Shown here: positions 36,291 through 40,203 of the stretch, one piece after another
Layout: every line of letters starts with the position of its first letter
Numbering within the stretch: the stretch's first letter is position 1
IMG/VR virus record: IMGVR_UViG_3300005805_000185
Coordinates: 1-40,203 of that record
DNA length: 40,203 nt
Strand: one strand, 5' to 3'
Source: a virus
Taxonomy: Duplodnaviria > Caudoviricetes
Made by a program: the position numbers and the translations under genes
The notes under the pieces: generated by a model
What the model was told of the DNA's origin: nothing
Database searches by the model: none
The model's input: only the letters and a program-made list of their open reading frames with translations

Positions 36291-36660
36291 TCTGTTGTTT
36301 TAATAGCTTTTGTAACTCTGCTGTACTACCAACAAATAAATTATTATTAATTGTCTTTGGACCGCCGATATTACCATCAAGCTCTTGTTTCTTTTTTGAT
36401 AGCTCTAACAGGTCTTTATTAGCAGCTGTAAGTGAATTTATAAGAGTAGCAACAACTTCAAAACCTCTAGGGTGTTGGGACATGCTAGCAACATCCAATA
36501 TACCATTGAGCGCTTCTTGACCTTTTTCAATAATGCTTATTAAATTTCCTCTTGCATATTGAAAATCATCATCAGTCTTATTAATTATTACCTCACTCAC
36601 TTTAGTAGAATCACTTAGAGAGGTAAGGTCAAGTGCTTTACTGATAGGATCATCATTCAT
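36283..36660 (-). CDS. gp16: Terminase small subunit
   Basis: DFQYARGNL, HPRGFEV, NNLFVGSTAELQKLL. Confidence 0.92.
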   Translation of the reverse strand: MNDDPISKALDLTSLSDSTKVSEVIINKTDDDFQYARGNLISIIEKGQEALNGILDVASMSQHPRGFEVVATLINSLTAANKDLLELSKKKQELDGNIGGPKTINNNLFVGSTAELQKLLKQQNE

Positions 36661-37465
36661 TGTTAATCGTTTCTATGCTTACAATATAATTAAAATTGCT
36701 ATTTGCAGTTATTAATGATTTATCTATTGTAGCTAGTGCATTAGTAGTACCGGATCCATTAGCTAATAAGCCAGGAATAACAGTAATTCTTTCCTCCGGC
36801 TCGTCATCAAAATCCATTGTCGTCACAAAATTAATATTAGCAAGTTTAATTTGTTCTGATTTCTTAACCGGTCCGTAAATATAACCTTTCATAGTAAAGT
36901 CAAGAGTCCATATAATAGCTCTTCTTGTTATATAATCACCTTCATAACTATCTTCAGAGTTTACGTCTAATAAAACAGTTGGTATGTCATGCTTTATGTC
37001 TAACTCTGGTATCAAATTAATAGTTGCAGTCCACTCAGGAGTGAAGTATGGTAATATTTGTTCTAGTATTCTGGTACCATCTTCAGCATTCTTAACTGCA
37101 ATGTATAAGGTAAAATTAAGATTATAAGGAACAGGGTTATAAACATACTTAAGCTGATTACTATCAGCACTATTTTGTAAAACAGTATTCTTTTTTACAG
37201 TAGATAGTTTTCTTAAAGGATCATAGGTTATTGAATTAAGCTCAAAACTCATTCTAGGTAAAACTATTGCAAATGGTTTTTTTAGCTCTGGATCGCCTTC
37301 TACTCTTGCTAGCATCTTGTCTTTTGGACCATAAGAAATAGGTACCTTTATTGTGTCATAAATTGTACCGTCTTTCTCTCTGTTAATGTAGATATTATTA
37401 AAGAGTGTGCCAAAAAGTATGACATACTTTCTCATATGTCCGTGATAGAATGTTTGCTTAAACAT
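36653..37465 (-). CDS. gp15: Tail sheath stabilizer / completion protein
   Basis: FGTLFNNI, VPISYGP, LPRMSFE, EQILPYFTP. Confidence 0.93.
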   Translation of the reverse strand: MFKQTFYHGHMRKYVILFGTLFNNIYINREKDGTIYDTIKVPISYGPKDKMLARVEGDPELKKPFAIVLPRMSFELNSITYDPLRKLSTVKKNTVLQNSADSNQLKYVYNPVPYNLNFTLYIAVKNAEDGTRILEQILPYFTPEWTATINLIPELDIKHDIPTVLLDVNSEDSYEGDYITRRAIIWTLDFTMKGYIYGPVKKSEQIKLANINFVTTMDFDDEPEERITVIPGLLANGSGTTNALATIDKSLITANSNFNYIVSIETINNE

Positions 37466-38193
37466 TAAACCACTCCCTCGCTAAAGGGATCCACTTCACT
37501 GAAATCAATAAATGAATCCCCTTCTGTTTCAAGCTCTTCGTTATCCGAGTTAGGATCAACCGTTTCTAAGTCTACGGATTCATTAGTAAGCGGATACCCG
37601 TCTTCATCTAATAGGATGTAAGGATTGGCATCTTCAGTAGTAATAGCTTGTGCAGCAAAGCCTGGACTATATAACGGCTGCAAATTATCAATTTCAGGAA
37701 TACCTGTCTTAAGTTTTTCTCCACTATATTCAAACAATTCACATACTAGGTCATAGGTTTGAAGAGTTCCTAGTTGATAAAAAAATGCAGTGCTGTCAAC
37801 ATACTTTATTTGAAAGATTTTTCTATTTAATGGGAAATAAATTAAGTCACCTTCATTAGGGCGTTCCAAGCCTTGTTGTGATCCTATTTCTTCATAAAAA
37901 ACTCTATTAGCTAGCGTGAGAGTTATTTGATCTCTAACTTCTATTCCAAACTTACTAAAGAATTTACCATCGCCTTCAAATCCTTCAACATTTTTAATAT
38001 ACATTTCTATTAAAATAGGGTTAGTATACTCAACCGATGGGTCTTCTAGATATACATCATCTTTTGATCTGAAGCTTTTTGGTATATAAAATACTTCATG
38101 ACCATAGATTTTTATAGATTCAATAATAAGATTTTCAAGAAGTAGTTGTTCTTGACTGGCTGAAAAATTATTAAAGTAGAAGTTAGTGGACAT
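37465..38193 (-). CDS. gp14: Neck protein
   Basis: ESIKIYG, SKFG, RPNEGDLIYFP, FYQLG, DFSEVDPF. Confidence 0.93.
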   Translation of the reverse strand: MSTNFYFNNFSASQEQLLLENLIIESIKIYGHEVFYIPKSFRSKDDVYLEDPSVEYTNPILIEMYIKNVEGFEGDGKFFSKFGIEVRDQITLTLANRVFYEEIGSQQGLERPNEGDLIYFPLNRKIFQIKYVDSTAFFYQLGTLQTYDLVCELFEYSGEKLKTGIPEIDNLQPLYSPGFAAQAITTEDANPYILLDEDGYPLTNESVDLETVDPNSDNEELETEGDSFIDFSEVDPFSEGVV

Positions 38194-38194
38194 C

Positions 38195-38938
38195 TTAACC
38201 TATCATATCCATAACAGGAAGTGAATAAGAACTAATCATTTCTTTTTCAAGTTCGTCTAGCTCTTCCTTAGCTTCGTCGTAAATTTTTTGCCCGTTAAAA
38301 GATAATCCGCCTGGAAGTTGCATGCCTTCAAATTTCTTTAAATTGGTACCCCATTGAAGTTTAATCTTAGCAGTGGCATATTGTTGTAGCCATCTATCTC
38401 CCCATGCATCAGTCCATACATCAGGATCAACTATTTCATAAGCTTCAATAAGTAAGTATTCACCAATCCTAAGATCTGTCCAATCTGTATCAATAAAACA
38501 TCTGTTCCTATGTCTGTTATATCTTATAGGTTGCTGTCCTACTAATACTTGTTGAATTAAAGCTAAGTGCTCCATGACCATGTAATATGGTACCATAGAC
38601 ACAGATGTTAGTGTATATAAGTCGTTTAGTGCTATTTGATATCTTATATTAAATAAATCATCGGAGCTGATCATAGGATCGCTAACAGGAAATATTCTTA
38701 TAGCGCCTATAATATTTTCAGGTAAAGTAATATACTTATTGTCAACATCAGTTTGTGTAACTTGATGCTTTACGTATACTCTCTCCGTACCATCAAAATG
38801 GTAATCCCAATAGTACCTTAGTGATTCATCAATTCTGTCTTCAATTTGATCATCATCTACATTTATTTCGATGACTGGCTTTCCAAGCTTTCTTAAGCAC
38901 CATTCTTTAAATCCAGATCTTGAAGTAGGTATAGCCAT
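38195..38938 (-). CDS. gp13: Neck protein
   Basis: LRKLGKPVIEINVDDDQ, QWGTNLKKF, LPGG. Confidence 0.94.
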   Translation of the reverse strand: MAIPTSRSGFKEWCLRKLGKPVIEINVDDDQIEDRIDESLRYYWDYHFDGTERVYVKHQVTQTDVDNKYITLPENIIGAIRIFPVSDPMISSDDLFNIRYQIALNDLYTLTSVSMVPYYMVMEHLALIQQVLVGQQPIRYNRHRNRCFIDTDWTDLRIGEYLLIEAYEIVDPDVWTDAWGDRWLQQYATAKIKLQWGTNLKKFEGMQLPGGLSFNGQKIYDEAKEELDELEKEMISSYSLPVMDMIG

Positions 38939-38957
38939 AAATCCCCCTATATTTGAG

Positions 38958-38965
38958 TATTTATA
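38958..38965 (-). promoter_or_regulatory. T4 late promoter for gp13
   Basis: Exact TATAAATA. Confidence 0.85.
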
Positions 38966-38983
38966 GCTACTTGAATTACTACA

Positions 38984-39832
38984 TTATAAGCCCATGGCTT
39001 TTCTAATATTAGTAGCAGAAATAGAATGTATTTCGTCAGTAAATACTTCTTGATCTATCTTGTATCCTACGTCTCGTCCATAAGTAATATTAACAATGTT
39101 AGGGACAACCTGTATCGTATACATTCCTTGATATTGTAGATCTAGATCTCTCTTTATGTAATTTTTGACTTGTTCAATAGCAAAGGGATTTGTTCCTTGC
39201 CACCCCTGACAATCTCGAATTTGAATAACTACTTGACCTGTCTTTTTAATAGCGCGCTCAAATAATGCACGATGACCGGCATGCCAAGGCTGCCACCGCC
39301 CTAGCATTTGTACAGTCTCTTTTTTCCAGTCAAATATTGGTCTTCGTTTATTTTTTAAGATATGATCACCGATAAAGATAACCCATTTCTCTGCATTCAT
39401 TTCATTGATCCTAAAATCATATACTTCTGGCGGAATGAACGCTTTATTAGTATCTTCAAAGCGACCTGAATCTATTGTATCCATCCATATTGTCCAGTCA
39501 GCTTTAAAGTTGTTTCTCATTTCAATTAATGGTGCAACAAAATCGCATATGACATAATCTGTATTTGAAGTAAGAGCGAACTCGGCCATTCTAAGACTTT
39601 GTCTTATTCTACCTTCATGGCTGAAATCCCAGTCGTTATATTTCTTACGAACTTCATCAGCATTGAACCACTTAACCGTTGCATTAGCATTTTCAGATAA
39701 ACGTTCAAGGGTAGTAAGCCTTAAATTAGATATGTTGCTTACCGTACTGTTTTCTTCCAAGTAGGTTTTAAGACGTTCAGCAAAATAAGTCTTACCGGAT
39801 CCCGGTAGACCCATAATTAAAATCTTTATCAT
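38984..39832 (-). CDS. Adenylylsulfate-kinase-like domain fused to a HIGH-family nucleotidyltransferase
   Basis: GLPGSGKT, NADEVR, DFSHEGRIRQ; C-terminal GRWQPWHAGH and ISATNIR. Confidence 0.78.
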   Translation of the reverse strand: MIKILIMGLPGSGKTYFAERLKTYLEENSTVSNISNLRLTTLERLSENANATVKWFNADEVRKKYNDWDFSHEGRIRQSLRMAEFALTSNTDYVICDFVAPLIEMRNNFKADWTIWMDTIDSGRFEDTNKAFIPPEVYDFRINEMNAEKWVIFIGDHILKNKRRPIFDWKKETVQMLGRWQPWHAGHRALFERAIKKTGQVVIQIRDCQGWQGTNPFAIEQVKNYIKRDLDLQYQGMYTIQVVPNIVNITYGRDVGYKIDQEVFTDEIHSISATNIRKAMGL

Positions 39833-40203
39833 ATTTTTCTATTGCTCCAAAAGTTTTAGACATGTCTGCACAAGTATATTTCTGATAACTGTTCTTTAGA
39901 TTGTCGGGCATGGGTATGTACTTAATCTTACTATTATATTTTTTAGAAACTTGTAATGCTACATCTTGAAATGATGTAGGTTTACCAGTACCAATATTCC
40001 AAATTCCTGATTCAGGAATATTTAAAAATGTATTTTGAATAAGAAATATATCTTCAACGTTAATAAAATCTCTTAAATACTTATAGCTATCTTCAAACAA
40101 CTCTATCGTGCCTGTATCAAGTGACTGTTTTTTAAACTTAAAATATGGGCTAGGTTGAATTTTATTTTCTTCTCCTGTATCACCCCATACATTAAAATAT
40201 CTA
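39792..40203 (-). CDS. NAD-dependent sugar epimerase (HldD/RfaD-like), 3' part only, cut by the window edge
   Basis: Frame is open to the window end: RYFNVWG...RDFINVED...NIGTG...YQKYTCAD. Confidence 0.85.
   Translation of the reverse strand, partial: RYFNVWGDTGEENKIQPSPYFKFKKQSLDTGTIELFEDSYKYLRDFINVEDIFLIQNTFLNIPESGIWNIGTGKPTSFQDVALQVSKKYNSKIKYIPMPDNLKNSYQKYTCADMSKTFGAIEKYDKDFNYGSTGIR

Noticed and set aside
1303-36878. Many 60-158 aa alternative-frame or antisense ORFs (e.g. 7605-7985, 9214-9600, 13427-13798, 25777-26253)
   Set aside because: They lie within well-supported genes and show no recognisable motifs
1-40203. tRNA genes, introns and inteins
   Set aside because: Intergenic gaps are under ~80 nt with no cloverleaf seen; gp17, gp20, gp23, gp46 and uvsW have normal lengths

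Overview
AT-rich segment of a T4-like myovirus genome with the cyanophage/environmental T4-like gene order. Almost all genes are on the minus strand. From right to left: (1) a partial HldD-like epimerase and an APS-kinase/nucleotidyltransferase fusion; (2) the head/neck/tail module gp13-14-15-16-17-18-19-20-67-x-x-21-22-23-gp3, with T4 late promoters (TATAAATA); (3) uvsY-uvsW-x-gp55-gp47-gp46 and def; (4) a ~10.6 kb 7-deazaguanine DNA-modification island between gp46 and gp45, containing queE, a GT-B glycosyltransferase, queD, yhhQ, folE, a GIY-YIG-like nuclease, a TGT-like dpdA, a PurN-like formyltransferase, a P-loop kinase with no ATG start, queF, a MazG-like protein, queC, a stand-alone class II amidotransferase, a dUTPase-family protein and a GT-A glycosyltransferase; (5) gp45-44-62-regA; (6) an opposite-strand cassette of six unknown, mostly exported or membrane proteins behind a late promoter, including a 695-aa Cys-repeat protein; (7) a metallophosphoesterase and dCMP deaminase. 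The two best candidates for undescribed systems are the extended deazaguanine island (possibly pre-replicative G replacement with formylated and/or glycosylated preQ1) and the late envelope cassette. All calls come from motifs and synteny recognised by eye; no searches were run. No tRNA, rRNA or CRISPR array was seen.
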